Notes under the pieces: model-generated
Seen by the model: only the letters and a program-made list of their open reading frames with translations
The model's database searches: none
What the model was told of the DNA's origin: nothing
Made by a program: the position numbers and the translations under genes
Part shown: positions 35,262-45,257 of the stretch, in pieces
Numbering within the stretch: the first letter of the stretch is position 1
How the letters are laid out: every line of letters begins with the position of its first letter
Assembly (NCBI GenBank): GCA_964463805.1
Contig: CAYXDS010000001.1
Location: 1 to 53,274 of the forward strand
Length of the DNA: 53,274 nucleotides
Direction: 5' to 3'
Origin: an uncultured Elusimicrobia bacterium
Lineage (GTDB): Bacteria; Elusimicrobiota; Elusimicrobia; F11

Positions 35262-36395
35262 CTATAGCGAAGATCGAGCGGCGATCGCCGTTTTCCGGGC
35301 CGCTTCGACGGTGTCTCCGAGCGCCGTCAGGTGGCCCATTTTTCTGCCCGGACGGGGTTCGGATTTTCCGTACAAATGAAGTTTCACGTGCGGTGACCGC
35401 AGTGCTTTCTCCCACCTCGGCTCGCCTTTTTTCCACACATCGCCTAATAAATTGACCATTGCCGCCGGTTTCAGTTGTCGCGTCGACCCGAGCGGCATTC
35501 CTGTGACCGCGCGTACTTGTTGTTCGAACTGGCTCGTTTCGAATGCGTCGATCGTAAGGTGTCCCGAATTGTGCGTGCGCGGAGCCAGTTCGTTCACGAT
35601 GATTTCGCCGTTTTTCTTTAGGAACATTTCGACGCACATGAGCCCCACGACGTCGAGCGCGTTCATGATATCGTTCGCGAGTTTCACCGCGTTTTTCGCA
35701 ATTTTGGGCGAAATGTTCGCCGGAGCGATCGTCACATCCAAAATATGGTTTTTATGCGCATTTTCGAATACACCGAACGGCGCGAACGCGCGGTCGATGC
35801 CGCGCGCGGCCACCACTGAGATTTCCTTTTCGAAACGCACGAATGCTTCGAGCACGGCCTCTGCGCCGTTGAACGCTTCATAGGCGGCGAGCGCTTCGTC
35901 GAGCGAGCCGATTTTCTTTTGGCCTTTGCCGTCGTAACCGAATCCGGCCGTTTTCAGCACGGCCGGCGTTCCCACTTTTTTTACGGCCATCGTCAGTTCG
36001 GCGCGTGACCGAACGCGTTGGAACGGCGCGACCGGGAAACCGAATTCAGACAGAAATGTTTTTTCACGCAACCGATGCTGCGTCACGTGCAAAACGTTCG
36101 CCTTTGGGTGAACCGGAACCAATTTCGCCACCGCTTCGACCGATCCGACCGGAATATTTTCGAATTCGAACGTGACCACCCGCACGCTTTTCGCAAACGC
36201 GGCGAGTTGTTGTTCGTCGCTGTACGAGGCGGTCCATTTTTTATCGGCCACTTGTCCGGCCGGCGTGTCGGTATCCGGCGAATATGTGTGCACGCGGTAT
36301 CCCATTTGGCGCGCGGCGATCGCAAACATGCGCCCGAGCTGCCCGCTGCCGAGCACGCCGATCGCCGAGCCGGGAAGGATGGGTTGGTTTTTCAT
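35262..36395 (-). CDS. purK: N5-carboxyaminoimidazole ribonucleotide synthase
   Basis: IGVLGSGQLGRM with an ATP-grasp body and ELAPRTHNSGH. It lies directly downstream of purE. Confidence 0.9.
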   Translation of the reverse strand: MKNQPILPGSAIGVLGSGQLGRMFAIAARQMGYRVHTYSPDTDTPAGQVADKKWTASYSDEQQLAAFAKSVRVVTFEFENIPVGSVEAVAKLVPVHPKANVLHVTQHRLREKTFLSEFGFPVAPFQRVRSRAELTMAVKKVGTPAVLKTAGFGYDGKGQKKIGSLDEALAAYEAFNGAEAVLEAFVRFEKEISVVAARGIDRAFAPFGVFENAHKNHILDVTIAPANISPKIAKNAVKLANDIMNALDVVGLMCVEMFLKKNGEIIVNELAPRTHNSGHLTIDAFETSQFEQQVRAVTGMPLGSTRQLKPAAMVNLLGDVWKKGEPRWEKALRSPHVKLHLYGKSEPRPGRKMGHLTALGDTVEAARKTAIAARSSL

Positions 36396-36399
36396 CAGT

Positions 36400-36885
36400 T
36401 CAAGGAAGTTTGGATTTCAATACTTTTTCGGTTTGTTCTTTTCGGAAGCGTTTTAGTTTCGCTTTCAGGTCCGGACGGCGTGTCGCCAGAATATTAACGG
36501 CCAGATAGCCGGCGTTTGATGCGCCGGCCGCGCCGATCGCTAACGTTCCGACCGGAACGCCGGCCGGCATTTGCACGATCGACAACAACGAATCAAGCCC
36601 TTTCAGCGCTTTCGATTCGACTGGAACGCCGAGAACCGGCAGACACGTATAAGCGGCGGCCATGCCGGGCAGATGCGCGGCGCCGCCGGCGCCCGCGATG
36701 ATCACTTCGATGCCGCGCGCTTCGGCTTTCGATGCGAATTCGGCCAACCAATGCGGCGTGCGATGCGCGGAGACCACTTGCTTTTCGTGCGGCACGCCGA
36801 ACTTTTCGAGCACCGCACTCGCGTTCTGCATCGTTTCCCAATCCGACGTGCTTCCCATGATCACGGCCACCAGTGGTTTATTCAT
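36400..36885 (-). CDS. purE: N5-carboxyaminoimidazole ribonucleotide mutase
   Basis: [35 protein letters not shown]. Confidence 0.92.
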   Translation of the reverse strand: MNKPLVAVIMGSTSDWETMQNASAVLEKFGVPHEKQVVSAHRTPHWLAEFASKAEARGIEVIIAGAGGAAHLPGMAAAYTCLPVLGVPVESKALKGLDSLLSIVQMPAGVPVGTLAIGAAGASNAGYLAVNILATRRPDLKAKLKRFRKEQTEKVLKSKLP

Positions 36886-37543
36886 GACGTTCCCTTGTTG
36901 TTAATTTTAATCCGTACGTGACAATCGTGTGCGGCGGCTGCTGAAGATACGACCACAGCGTGAGCGTCTTTTTCATCAGCGGCTGAAATCCGAGCGACTC
37001 GAAAAAACGATTTTTCCCATCGGGCACCGTGGTCCTTACATGAACACCGCGCGCCCCGCCGCTGCGCGCATGCTCGAGAAATGCGGTCGCCAAGCCATGC
37101 CCCACGCCGCCGCCGCGATGGCCGTCCTCGATATTAATATGAAAATGCGCCGGATATTCACGCAACAGATTTTTCGGCTGCTGTTCCTGTCCGAGCATGG
37201 CGCTCTTCCATCCATTGTAAAAAAAATTCCAAGCGCGCTGGTTTTTCCAAACGCCTCTCCCGAAAAAGCCGCTAAGCACGCGCGGCAATACGTGTTTTCT
37301 CCATAATTCCCAATGACGCTTTGTATCCACCGTTCCCGTCAAATAACCGATCACGCGCCCTTGGTCTTCGGCGACGAATGTCGCCTCCGGTTGCGTGTCC
37401 GTATAGGCGGCTGTCATGATATCCGACAGCCACTCTCCTTGGTCGAAAAATTGCCGGTACGATCGGCCGAGAAACGCGGTATCTTGGAAAATTTTTCGCA
37501 ACGACGACCGGTCGGCCGGGTGATAAGGACGAATCAACGACAT
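36878..37543 (-). CDS. GNAT-family N-acetyltransferase
   Basis: [10 protein letters not shown] is a Q/RxxGxG/A acetyl-CoA loop, set in a ~220-aa alpha/beta protein. It overlaps the purE start by 8 nt. Confidence 0.6.
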   Translation of the reverse strand: MSLIRPYHPADRSSLRKIFQDTAFLGRSYRQFFDQGEWLSDIMTAAYTDTQPEATFVAEDQGRVIGYLTGTVDTKRHWELWRKHVLPRVLSGFFGRGVWKNQRAWNFFYNGWKSAMLGQEQQPKNLLREYPAHFHINIEDGHRGGGVGHGLATAFLEHARSGGARGVHVRTTVPDGKNRFFESLGFQPLMKKTLTLWSYLQQPPHTIVTYGLKLTTRERHE

Positions 37544-37561
37544 TCTCGATATATAGCAAAG

Positions 37562-37650
37562 GTCGTCATTCCGGCGAAAGCCGGAATCCCGAATGACAAC
37601 TCACGCGCCGTTTCTGTGGATCCCGGCTAACAACATGCCGGGATGACGAC
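37562..37650. repeat. hairpin-rich palindromic (MITE/REP-like) element, copy B, intergenic
   Basis: 14-nt terminal inverted repeats: GTCGTCATTCCGGC (left) and GCCGGGATGACGAC (right). Each is part of a hairpin: ATTCCGGC-GAAA-GCCGGAAT at 37568-37587 and ATCCCGGC-N9-GCCGGGAT at 37620-37644. Confidence 0.8.
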
Positions 37651-37692
37651 TTAATACTTGATTTGACGCGCAGGACGTATTAGAAAGGAGAA

Positions 37693-38868
37693 ATGATGAA
37701 CCTGTTGAAAACGATCGGCTTATCGGGTTTTGTCGACATCACTCTGATGTCCATCATCATCTACGCGCTGATTGTTTGGTTCCGTCGATCGAAAGCGGTG
37801 TTCGTGTTGATCGGTTTGTTCATCGTCGGACTTGTCTACAGCGCTGCGCGCGAATTCAATCTGCAGTTGCTTGCCGTGATGTTCCAAGGTTTTTTCACGG
37901 TGATTCTGATCGCGATCATTGTGATCTTCCAAGAAGAAATCAAGCATCTGTTCGAGCGCGTCGCCATGTGGAGTTTGAATCGCGGCATGACGCGGCAACA
38001 AGTGCTGCATCTGTCGCGCCAGGAAGTGCAGATTCTCGTGCGCGCGGTAAAAGATTTGGCCGATGCGAAAATCGGCGCGTTGATCGTGATTCGCGGCGCG
38101 GACGCGATTATCCGCCACATCAACGGCGGCTGGGATTTGAACGGTGAATTGAGCGAGCCCGTGTTGAAAAGTTTGTTCGACCCGCACTCGATCGGCCACG
38201 ACGGAGCATTGATCATCGACGGCAATCGAATTCTTCAATTCGGTTGCCATTTGCCGTTGTCCAAAGATTTGCGCAAGGTTCCGGCCGGCGGAACGCGTCA
38301 CGCGGCCGCGCTCGGCATGTCTGAATTGACCGATGCGTTCTGCATCGTGGTTTCAGAAGAACGCGGAACCATTTCGGTCGCGAAGGACGGCGAAATCGAA
38401 GTGGTCGATACGGAGCGGCTCAATCTCATGCTCGAGCGGTTTTACGATGACACGCGGCCAGCCCCGCACTCACAGACATGGCAGGAATGGGTCACCCGCA
38501 ACTTCCGCGAGAAAATCATCGCGGTGATGCTCACGCTCGGTCTCTGGTTTTTCTACGTTCATGAAGGGCGGCTGACCTATGAATCTTTCCACGTGCCGGT
38601 CGAATACACGAATTTGCCCGACAGTCTGCTTGTCAGCGAAGTTATTCCGTCGTCGGTCGACGTCACGTTGTCGGGGCCGCGCCGGTATTTTTACTTCTCA
38701 AGCCCGAAGCGCATCCGCGTCGTGTTGAACATGGTGAACACCGAAGACGGATTCCAAATCAAGTCGATTCAAAAGTCAAATCTTTCCTATCCTGAAAAAT
38801 TGCAGCTCGAAGCGATTTACCCTTCCAAAGTTAAAATCGTTGTTCGCGCCAAGAACGGCAAAAGTTAA
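37693..38868 (+). CDS. cdaA: diadenylate cyclase CdaA fused to a C-terminal TM segment and a YbbR (CdaR-type) domain
   Basis: AAAGGAG SD and 3 N-terminal TM segments. The DAC domain has IGALIVI, HDGALII, GTRHAAALG and IVVSEERGTISV. A TM segment follows at aa 274-289, then VPVEYTNLPDSLLVSEVIPSSVDVTLSGPRRYF...QLEAIYPSKVKIVV, which is YbbR-like. Confidence 0.8.
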   Translation: MMNLLKTIGLSGFVDITLMSIIIYALIVWFRRSKAVFVLIGLFIVGLVYSAAREFNLQLLAVMFQGFFTVILIAIIVIFQEEIKHLFERVAMWSLNRGMTRQQVLHLSRQEVQILVRAVKDLADAKIGALIVIRGADAIIRHINGGWDLNGELSEPVLKSLFDPHSIGHDGALIIDGNRILQFGCHLPLSKDLRKVPAGGTRHAAALGMSELTDAFCIVVSEERGTISVAKDGEIEVVDTERLNLMLERFYDDTRPAPHSQTWQEWVTRNFREKIIAVMLTLGLWFFYVHEGRLTYESFHVPVEYTNLPDSLLVSEVIPSSVDVTLSGPRRYFYFSSPKRIRVVLNMVNTEDGFQIKSIQKSNLSYPEKLQLEAIYPSKVKIVVRAKNGKS

Positions 38869-39512
38869 CGCGCGCGGATTTGCGGAACTTCCCAAACGCG
38901 TACGCCTTTCGGCGGGTTTTCAATCGCGCGCGTCAACGCTTGAACCATTTGTTTGATCGTCACCAATCCGAGACGTTGCGCCGATTCCCGCGTCGCCGAT
39001 TGATTCTCGAAAATCCAATAAAGCGGCAGGAACAACAGCGGCCATCGGCGGCCCGGACCGATCACGTACCACGGCCGTAAAATCGACGCGTTTAATTTGT
39101 TCAAGCGGATCAGATTCTCTACGTCGGCGCGCGCTTCGATATACGCTTTCATGATCGGCGCCGGTTGCGCGACGCTCACATACACCAGTTGTTCCACGCC
39201 GGCGCCAGCGGCGGCCGTCACCGATTCGCGGCCGCATACGAAATCGATTTTCCGAAACTGCTCTTTTTTCAGCGGGCCCGGATGCGCGACGCCGACCAGT
39301 TGAACTATCGTATGGTCCGCGCGTAACAGATGCGCGTAACTCGCGCCGTTCAGCGGATCCCCGACGTGCACGATCGCGCCCGCCGCGCTTCTGTTTTCCG
39401 AACCGGCGCGCGCGAGCACTTCAACCGCGTGTCCGCGGTTAAGCAATTCCTTCGACAGAGCGCGACCCATGAAACCGGTCCCGCCGATGATGAACACTCT
39501 TTTTTTAATCAT
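38865..39512 (-). CDS. NAD(P)-binding Rossmann protein (atypical SDR/NmrA-like)
   Basis: FIIGGTGFMGRAL at the N-terminus. 215 aa. Confidence 0.6.
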   Translation of the reverse strand: MIKKRVFIIGGTGFMGRALSKELLNRGHAVEVLARAGSENRSAAGAIVHVGDPLNGASYAHLLRADHTIVQLVGVAHPGPLKKEQFRKIDFVCGRESVTAAAGAGVEQLVYVSVAQPAPIMKAYIEARADVENLIRLNKLNASILRPWYVIGPGRRWPLLFLPLYWIFENQSATRESAQRLGLVTIKQMVQALTRAIENPPKGVRVWEVPQIRAR

Positions 39513-39547
39513 AAAATCCGCTTATCAAAATTCAAAGGAGGAGTGCC

Positions 39548-39892
39548 ATGGTTGGAAAGGTTTATCCGCGCGCCGTGAAGAAAAGCAAAGACGTGTTGGA
39601 ACCGGCTCCGCTCTCGGATTCCGACATTCACATCGATTTCCCACGCGAAGAAGAATTAATCATTCCCGGACATTATGCGATCCGCATCAGCGGTGTGCCC
39701 GAAGCGCAAGTTGAGATCTCGATCAATGATGGCGAATGGGTGGGATGCCGCACCGCGGTTGGTTATTACTGGTTCGATTGGGAACCCGCCGTGGCGGGAG
39801 AAGTAACTCTGGTCGTTCGCCAGAAAGTCGGTAAAGGTCGAGCGAAAAAGTCGGAACAGCGTTTCTGCCGCGTGGTCGGAAAAAAAGTCTAA
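39548..39892 (+). CDS. hypothetical small beta-rich protein
   Basis: Strong SD (AAGGAGGAG). 114 aa with a basic C-terminal tail. No family recognised. Confidence 0.5.
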   Translation: MVGKVYPRAVKKSKDVLEPAPLSDSDIHIDFPREEELIIPGHYAIRISGVPEAQVEISINDGEWVGCRTAVGYYWFDWEPAVAGEVTLVVRQKVGKGRAKKSEQRFCRVVGKKV

Positions 39893-39964
39893 GCCGGAAC
39901 TAATTTGCGACTCGCCCGTTATTGAAGCGTGTCTTCATTTTTCCGCTTTGGGAGGGGTTGAGTC

Positions 39965-40855
39965 ATGATCGTCGTTACGGGTGCGACCGGCAACATCGGC
40001 CGGAAGATCGCTGAAATTTTATTGAAGAGCGGACAGCGCGTGCGCGTGGTGGTTCGCAGCGCAGACAAAGCAAAAGATTTAAAAGAAAAAGGCGCCGAGG
40101 TTGCCGTTGCTTCATTGGACGACGCCGACGCGCTTGCGGCTGCGCTTAAAGGCGCCGATGCCGCGTTCCTGATGATTCCTCCGAATTACACGGCGCAGGA
40201 TTTCCGCGCTTACCAAAATAAAATCAGCGAATCGCTTGAGAAAGCGGTTCGCCAATCGGGCGTTAAGTTTGTGGTGAATTTAAGCAGTGTCGGCGCTCAT
40301 CGTCCCGAGAAAGGCGGACCCATCAATGGGCTATACGACCACGAGCAACGGTTAAACAAAATTCCGAACGTAAACGTTTTCCATTTGCGCCCATGCTATT
40401 TCATGGAGAATCTTTTGATGAACGTGAGCCTCATTAAAAATATGGGCGTGGCCGGCAGCCCGCTCAAGCCTGACGTGAAATTGCCGATGATCGCCACGCA
40501 GGATATCGCGGTGGAAGCGGTCGAACGGCTGACGCAGCGGGACTTCGTCGGAAAAATCGTGAAGGAGCTTTTCGGTCAACGCGATTTATCGATGCAGGAA
40601 GTGACGAAAGTTCTCGGGCGGGCGATTGGTCGTCCCGATCTCGCTTACGTTCAATTTCCCTATGCGGACGCCGAGAAGGCGATGACGCAAATGGGGTTGT
40701 CATCCGACGTCGCTCGGCTCATGATCGAAATGCAGCGCACGGTTAATGACGGCCAGGCGGGGGCCACGCAAACACGCGGGAACTCCAGCACGACGAAAAC
40801 GTCGATTGAGGAATTCGCGAAAACGACGTTCGCGACCGTTTTTAAAGCGGGTTAA
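39965..40855 (+). CDS. NmrA-like NAD(P)H-binding protein
   Basis: MIVVTGATGNIGRKIAEILLKSG and an NmrA-like body. 296 aa. Confidence 0.7.
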   Translation: MIVVTGATGNIGRKIAEILLKSGQRVRVVVRSADKAKDLKEKGAEVAVASLDDADALAAALKGADAAFLMIPPNYTAQDFRAYQNKISESLEKAVRQSGVKFVVNLSSVGAHRPEKGGPINGLYDHEQRLNKIPNVNVFHLRPCYFMENLLMNVSLIKNMGVAGSPLKPDVKLPMIATQDIAVEAVERLTQRDFVGKIVKELFGQRDLSMQEVTKVLGRAIGRPDLAYVQFPYADAEKAMTQMGLSSDVARLMIEMQRTVNDGQAGATQTRGNSSTTKTSIEEFAKTTFATVFKAG

Positions 40856-41223
40856 ACGGCCGTGATCACACCGGTCGCATTCAGCCACGTGACCGCCGCT
40901 TCCATATCGTTGTAGAACACGCGGTAATTCCCTTCGCCAAACGCGAGCCGAGCTAAATACGCAAGTTTCGTATTCGATACGACGATCGCACGGCGCAAAC
41001 GAACTTCTCCGAGAGCCGCATCGAGCTTTTCCTGAGCGAGCGGCACATCGACCGGCGGCGCGTCCATGTCGCGCGCGTCATACAACACTTTCGTCTGCGA
41101 CGTTTCCCGCACGAATTTCATTACGCTTTCCTGACATTCGCGCAACAGCTCTTCGGTCGGTTTGCCGACCAAGCGCGCGAGAATCATGTTTCCGATTTTT
41201 TTGACCTGAAGTTGATCTTCCAT
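40852..41223 (-). CDS. hypothetical protein, possibly STAS/SpoIIAA-like fold
   Basis: ATG 41223 lies 1 nt after the upstream stop. The ~123-aa alpha/beta pattern ends in NDMEAAVTWL. The family call is weak. Confidence 0.35.
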   Translation of the reverse strand: MEDQLQVKKIGNMILARLVGKPTEELLRECQESVMKFVRETSQTKVLYDARDMDAPPVDVPLAQEKLDAALGEVRLRRAIVVSNTKLAYLARLAFGEGNYRVFYNDMEAAVTWLNATGVITAV

Positions 41224-41224
41224 A

Positions 41225-41908
41225 TTATAGGGCCTCGTGTTCCATTTTAATCTTTTGCAAGTGCCTGTACACTCCGTATGAAAATCCGACCGCGCCCGTA
41301 AGAGCGGCCGGAAAATACAACGTCGCATAAGTGAAACGTTGAAATCCGAACGCGCCGACCGCAGAGCCCGCAATGAACGAACCGATCAACAAAAAACAAA
41401 TATGGATGCGCTGCCTATTGACCGGAACCCCACGCATCAAATGTCCGAGAAAAATTCCGAGATCCGTGAACATACCTGAAACGTGCGTGGTGCGGATCAC
41501 TGTTCCGCTGTACGCGCTGACCATTCCGTTCTGAAGACCGATCGCGCAGGACGCCAAATAATTTCCGAAACCGAGATTGCGAAACAGCAGCGGTACCGAG
41601 ATGAAAAGCAAAATCGATTCGATGAACAGAGCGAGTCCGTACCGACGGCCCAGGCGCAGCGTGCTGTCTTGAATCAAGACGCCGCTTAATACGCAGCCGA
41701 GCACGAATGAACCGATGATCGCCGCGATATGCGCGGCTGCGCCGAAATCACCGCTCGCCAACGCGACGCCAAACAACGTGGTGCTGCCGGTCAGATGCGT
41801 AACGCCTTGGTGTTGAAAGCCGAGGAAGCCAACCGCGTTGATGCATCCGGCGATAAACGCGAGCGCCGCGCTCCCGAACCAGGCCCAGCGCGGAATTTTT
41901 GAGATCAA
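41225..41908 (-). CDS. YoaK/DUF1275-family membrane protein
   Basis: AFIAGCINAVGFLGFQHQGVTHLTG and VIRTTHVSGMFTDLG are the typical DUF1275 motifs. The TTG start overlaps the prfC stop (TTGA). Confidence 0.7.
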   Translation of the reverse strand: MISKIPRWAWFGSAALAFIAGCINAVGFLGFQHQGVTHLTGSTTLFGVALASGDFGAAAHIAAIIGSFVLGCVLSGVLIQDSTLRLGRRYGLALFIESILLFISVPLLFRNLGFGNYLASCAIGLQNGMVSAYSGTVIRTTHVSGMFTDLGIFLGHLMRGVPVNRQRIHICFLLIGSFIAGSAVGAFGFQRFTYATLYFPAALTGAVGFSYGVYRHLQKIKMEHEAL

Positions 41909-43506
41909 GACGCGTGGCTCAACGCAAACTGCGGCGAGATTTCATGCAACGCCACGTTCGGATGGTTTTGCTTGAAATAATTGAGCGCCCACTCGGCGTC
42001 AAACAGGATGCCCGGTTGGCCGTCCACGTCGTCTGCCAGCGCGGATCCCGGCGGTAGACGGAAATTCGAAATCGCGGCTGCGTCGACCGACGGATCGAGC
42101 CAGCGGAATAATTTGTACGCGGTTTGCTCAAGCTTCGAGTCGGCGCCGTATTCGGCTTCGAGCCGGTACTGCACCACCTCGAATTGAAGTTGACCCACCG
42201 CCGCGAGCAGCGGAATTTGTTTCGGGGAATTTTTCAGGTACAGCGCTTGCACGATGCCTTCGCTCAACAATTGATCGAGTCCTTTGCGGAACGGTTTGAA
42301 TTTGGCCGGGCTTGGGTTGTGGATGAACGCGAAACATTCGGAAGGAAAGCGCGGAATCTCGTTGTAAACGATCTTCGGATCTTCGGTCAGCGTGTCGCCA
42401 ATGCCGAAATCATCGTAACCCACAAGACCCACGATATCGCCCGGATACGCTTCGTCGACGATCTCGCGTTCCTGTCCGAACAGTTTGTGCGAGTTCGACA
42501 GCTTTATTTTTTTTCCCGTGCGCGTGTGCGTGATCAGCATGTCGCGCGTGAATTTTCCCGAACACACGCGCATGAACGCAATGCGGTCGCGGTGCTTCGG
42601 ATCCATGTTGCCTTGGATTTTAAAGATGAATCCCGAGAACGGGCCGTTCAGCGGAATCTCGCCGGCCGCTGTTTTGCGCGGCACCGGCGGCGTCGACAAA
42701 TGAAGAAATCCGTCGAGCAACATCTGTACGCCAAAATTGTTCGATGCGCTGCCGAAAAACACCGGCGTCACTTCGCCGCGCAGCACGGCTCCGCGATCAA
42801 ACGCGGCGCCGGCCGCATCCAGCATCGCCAGCTCTTCGGTCGCGCGCGCGTACGCTTGATCGTCCAATTGTTCGCGCACGGCCGGATCCGACAAATCATG
42901 CACGGCCACCGGCGCGCGATACATGCCGCCGACCACGCGTTCGAACAGATGCACTTCTTTTTTCTTGCGTTCGTACACGCCGCGGAACGTGGGTCCGTCG
43001 CCGAGCGGCCAGCTCATCGGAAACGCGTGAAGCTTCAGCACGCTTTCGAGTTCGTCGAGCAGCTCGAGCGGCTCGCGCATCGGCCGATCGCATTTGTTCA
43101 TGAACGTGAAGATCGGCACGTGCCGCTGCCGACACACTTCGAAAAGTTTGCGCGTTTGGCTCTCAATGCCTTTGGCCGCGTCGATCACCATCACCACCGC
43201 ATCGACCGCGGTCAACACACGGTACGTGTCTTCGGAAAAATCACGGTGACCCGGCGTGTCGAGCAAGTTCACGCGAAATCCGTCGTAATCGAATTGCAGC
43301 ACCGTCGACGACACCGAGATACCGCGCTTGCGCTCGAGTTCCATCCAGTCCGACGTCGACTCGCGTTGATTTTTGCGGGCCGTTACCGATCCGGCCAATT
43401 GCACGGCGCCGCCGTACAAAAGGAATTTTTCGGTCAGCGTGGTTTTCCCGGCGTCCGGATGCGAGATGATCGCGAACGTGCGTCGCCGTTGAGTTTCTTT
43501 GTCCAT
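41905..43506 (-). CDS. prfC: peptide chain release factor 3
   Basis: RRTFAIISHPDAGKTTLTEKFLLYGGAVQLAG, LLDTPGHRDFSEDTYR, FMNKCDR. ATG 43506 is chosen, and the longer ORF-track extension has no homology pattern. Confidence 0.92.
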   Translation of the reverse strand: MDKETQRRRTFAIISHPDAGKTTLTEKFLLYGGAVQLAGSVTARKNQRESTSDWMELERKRGISVSSTVLQFDYDGFRVNLLDTPGHRDFSEDTYRVLTAVDAVVMVIDAAKGIESQTRKLFEVCRQRHVPIFTFMNKCDRPMREPLELLDELESVLKLHAFPMSWPLGDGPTFRGVYERKKKEVHLFERVVGGMYRAPVAVHDLSDPAVREQLDDQAYARATEELAMLDAAGAAFDRGAVLRGEVTPVFFGSASNNFGVQMLLDGFLHLSTPPVPRKTAAGEIPLNGPFSGFIFKIQGNMDPKHRDRIAFMRVCSGKFTRDMLITHTRTGKKIKLSNSHKLFGQEREIVDEAYPGDIVGLVGYDDFGIGDTLTEDPKIVYNEIPRFPSECFAFIHNPSPAKFKPFRKGLDQLLSEGIVQALYLKNSPKQIPLLAAVGQLQFEVVQYRLEAEYGADSKLEQTAYKLFRWLDPSVDAAAISNFRLPPGSALADDVDGQPGILFDAEWALNYFKQNHPNVALHEISPQFALSHAS

Positions 43507-43510
43507 TGAT

Positions 43511-44110
43511 TTATATGCCGCTGTGCAGACCGATACCGACCGGCTGCTGTTGGATGATGTCCGCTTCTTGATCGAGCATTTGTTCCCATCGCCACTCGAC
43601 TTCGTCTTCGGGCAGCACGTGACCACCCAATTGTTTGAAAACTTTGTAATGGCCGAGCTCGGACACATAGAGTCCGCCGTAGAAATCGGCGAGTTCTTTA
43701 TCGTCGCAAACGCGCGCGAGGATTCCAAACCGCTCGCATGAGCGCGCTTCGATCAGCGCCGAAACGAGCAGACGGTCGAGCACTTCGTGAGGTCCTTTGC
43801 CGAGCCGCACCATCGTGCGTAAATCGCCCGGATAGCGTCCGCGGTGCAACCGCTCCAAATCCCAGCCGCGCGCGCGCATAATGCGCACGACTGCGTTCAA
43901 ATGGCTCGCTTCATCGCGAGCGATCGACGAGATCGTGCTCGTCCACGTTTCCGGATGGTTCGGCGCGGGCCAGCGGTTCAATAGTTCGAGCGCATTCGAC
44001 GCGGCCTTGCGTTCCAGATAGGCGTGATCGCTCATCAGCGCCGGCAAATTCGACAGCGGTTTTTCGGCCCATGAATCGGGCGTCGTGAAATGAAGAGGTA
44101 AATCGGACAT
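43511..44110 (-). CDS. miaE: tRNA-(ms2io6A)-hydroxylase
   Basis: LMSDHAYLERKAASNALELL, SIARDEASHL and CERFGILA...YVSELGHYKVF form the di-iron four-helix MiaE pattern. Confidence 0.8.
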   Translation of the reverse strand: MSDLPLHFTTPDSWAEKPLSNLPALMSDHAYLERKAASNALELLNRWPAPNHPETWTSTISSIARDEASHLNAVVRIMRARGWDLERLHRGRYPGDLRTMVRLGKGPHEVLDRLLVSALIEARSCERFGILARVCDDKELADFYGGLYVSELGHYKVFKQLGGHVLPEDEVEWRWEQMLDQEADIIQQQPVGIGLHSGI

Positions 44111-44153
44111 TTTTGTCGTTTTATCACTTTGCTCCCGACGCTGAAAATTTAAA

Positions 44154-45248
44154 ATGACGGTCATGGCCGAAAAATTCCGTCAGTGGAAAGAATTCATCGT
44201 TAAATACGGCAACGTTTTGTTCTTTATCGGCGGGTTCATTTTCGACACGTTCACGATGGTCCGCGTCGACTCCACGATCGATTTGATCATCGAGATCGTT
44301 TATGTTGTGGCGGTTACCTTCCTCATCATTCAGCAGGCCAAATATGTTTTAGGCGTCTGGCGCCCGCAGGGTCGACTTGAAAAGTGGTGGCACTACGAAT
44401 CCGAAGTCACGCATTTCTTTTACGGCGGTTTGCTTAGCGCGAACGTAATTTTTTATTTCAAGAGCACCACGTTCTCGCGGTCGGTTTTCTTTTTTGCGCT
44501 CGTGGTCGCGTTGATGGTTGCGAATGAAATGCCGCAAGTGCGGAAAGCCGGCCACGCGATGCGGCTCGGACTTTATTCGTTCTGCCTCGTCTCTTTCTTT
44601 AATTATTTTATTCCGGTCATCGTTGGCCGCATGGGCGCTGTGATTTTTTCGGCCGGTTGGTTGTTGGCCGCGTTCTTCTCTTGGCGGCTCGTGCGCTATC
44701 TCGCGGATTTGTCGCCGGATCCGGCCCGTGCGCGAATTCGGCTCGCTTGGTCGCCGGCCGTCGTGATGCTGATCATCGCCGCGCTCTACGCGGGCAAGTT
44801 GATTCCGCCGGTTCCGCTGTCGATGCAATATGCGGGCATTTTCAGGAATGTTCAAAAAGAAGGAGACAAATACAGTTTAAGCTACGTGAAACCGCCGTGG
44901 TACGCGTTTTGGCGCAAGGACAACCGGCGGTTCGACGCGCGTCCCGGAGACCAGATCTTCTTTTTCACGCGCGTATTCGCGCCGCGCAGGTTCACGCACG
45001 ATATTTTTATTCATTGGCACAAGAAGATGCCTAATGGAAAGTGGCTCGATGCGGACCGGATTCCGCTGTCGATCAGCGGCGGCCGTGATCAAGGTTTTCG
45101 CGGCTACACGATCAAGTCCCACTACGATCCTGGCGTTTGGCGCGTCGACGTTGAAACCGAAGACGGCCGCACATTGGGCAGCGTCACGGTGACCGTTAAC
45201 GAAGATAAATCGCTCGACGAACGTACGTTCGCCGAGATTCGTATGTAA
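44154..45248 (+). CDS. polytopic membrane protein with a C-terminal DUF2914-like beta domain
   Basis: ~7 TM segments, then FFFTRVFAP....H.W.........D.I.L.I.GGR..GFR.Y.....D.PGVWRVDVETEDGRTLG...V, as in DUF2914. Confidence 0.55.
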   Translation: MTVMAEKFRQWKEFIVKYGNVLFFIGGFIFDTFTMVRVDSTIDLIIEIVYVVAVTFLIIQQAKYVLGVWRPQGRLEKWWHYESEVTHFFYGGLLSANVIFYFKSTTFSRSVFFFALVVALMVANEMPQVRKAGHAMRLGLYSFCLVSFFNYFIPVIVGRMGAVIFSAGWLLAAFFSWRLVRYLADLSPDPARARIRLAWSPAVVMLIIAALYAGKLIPPVPLSMQYAGIFRNVQKEGDKYSLSYVKPPWYAFWRKDNRRFDARPGDQIFFFTRVFAPRRFTHDIFIHWHKKMPNGKWLDADRIPLSISGGRDQGFRGYTIKSHYDPGVWRVDVETEDGRTLGSVTVTVNEDKSLDERTFAEIRM

Positions 45249-45257
45249 GATGTACCC

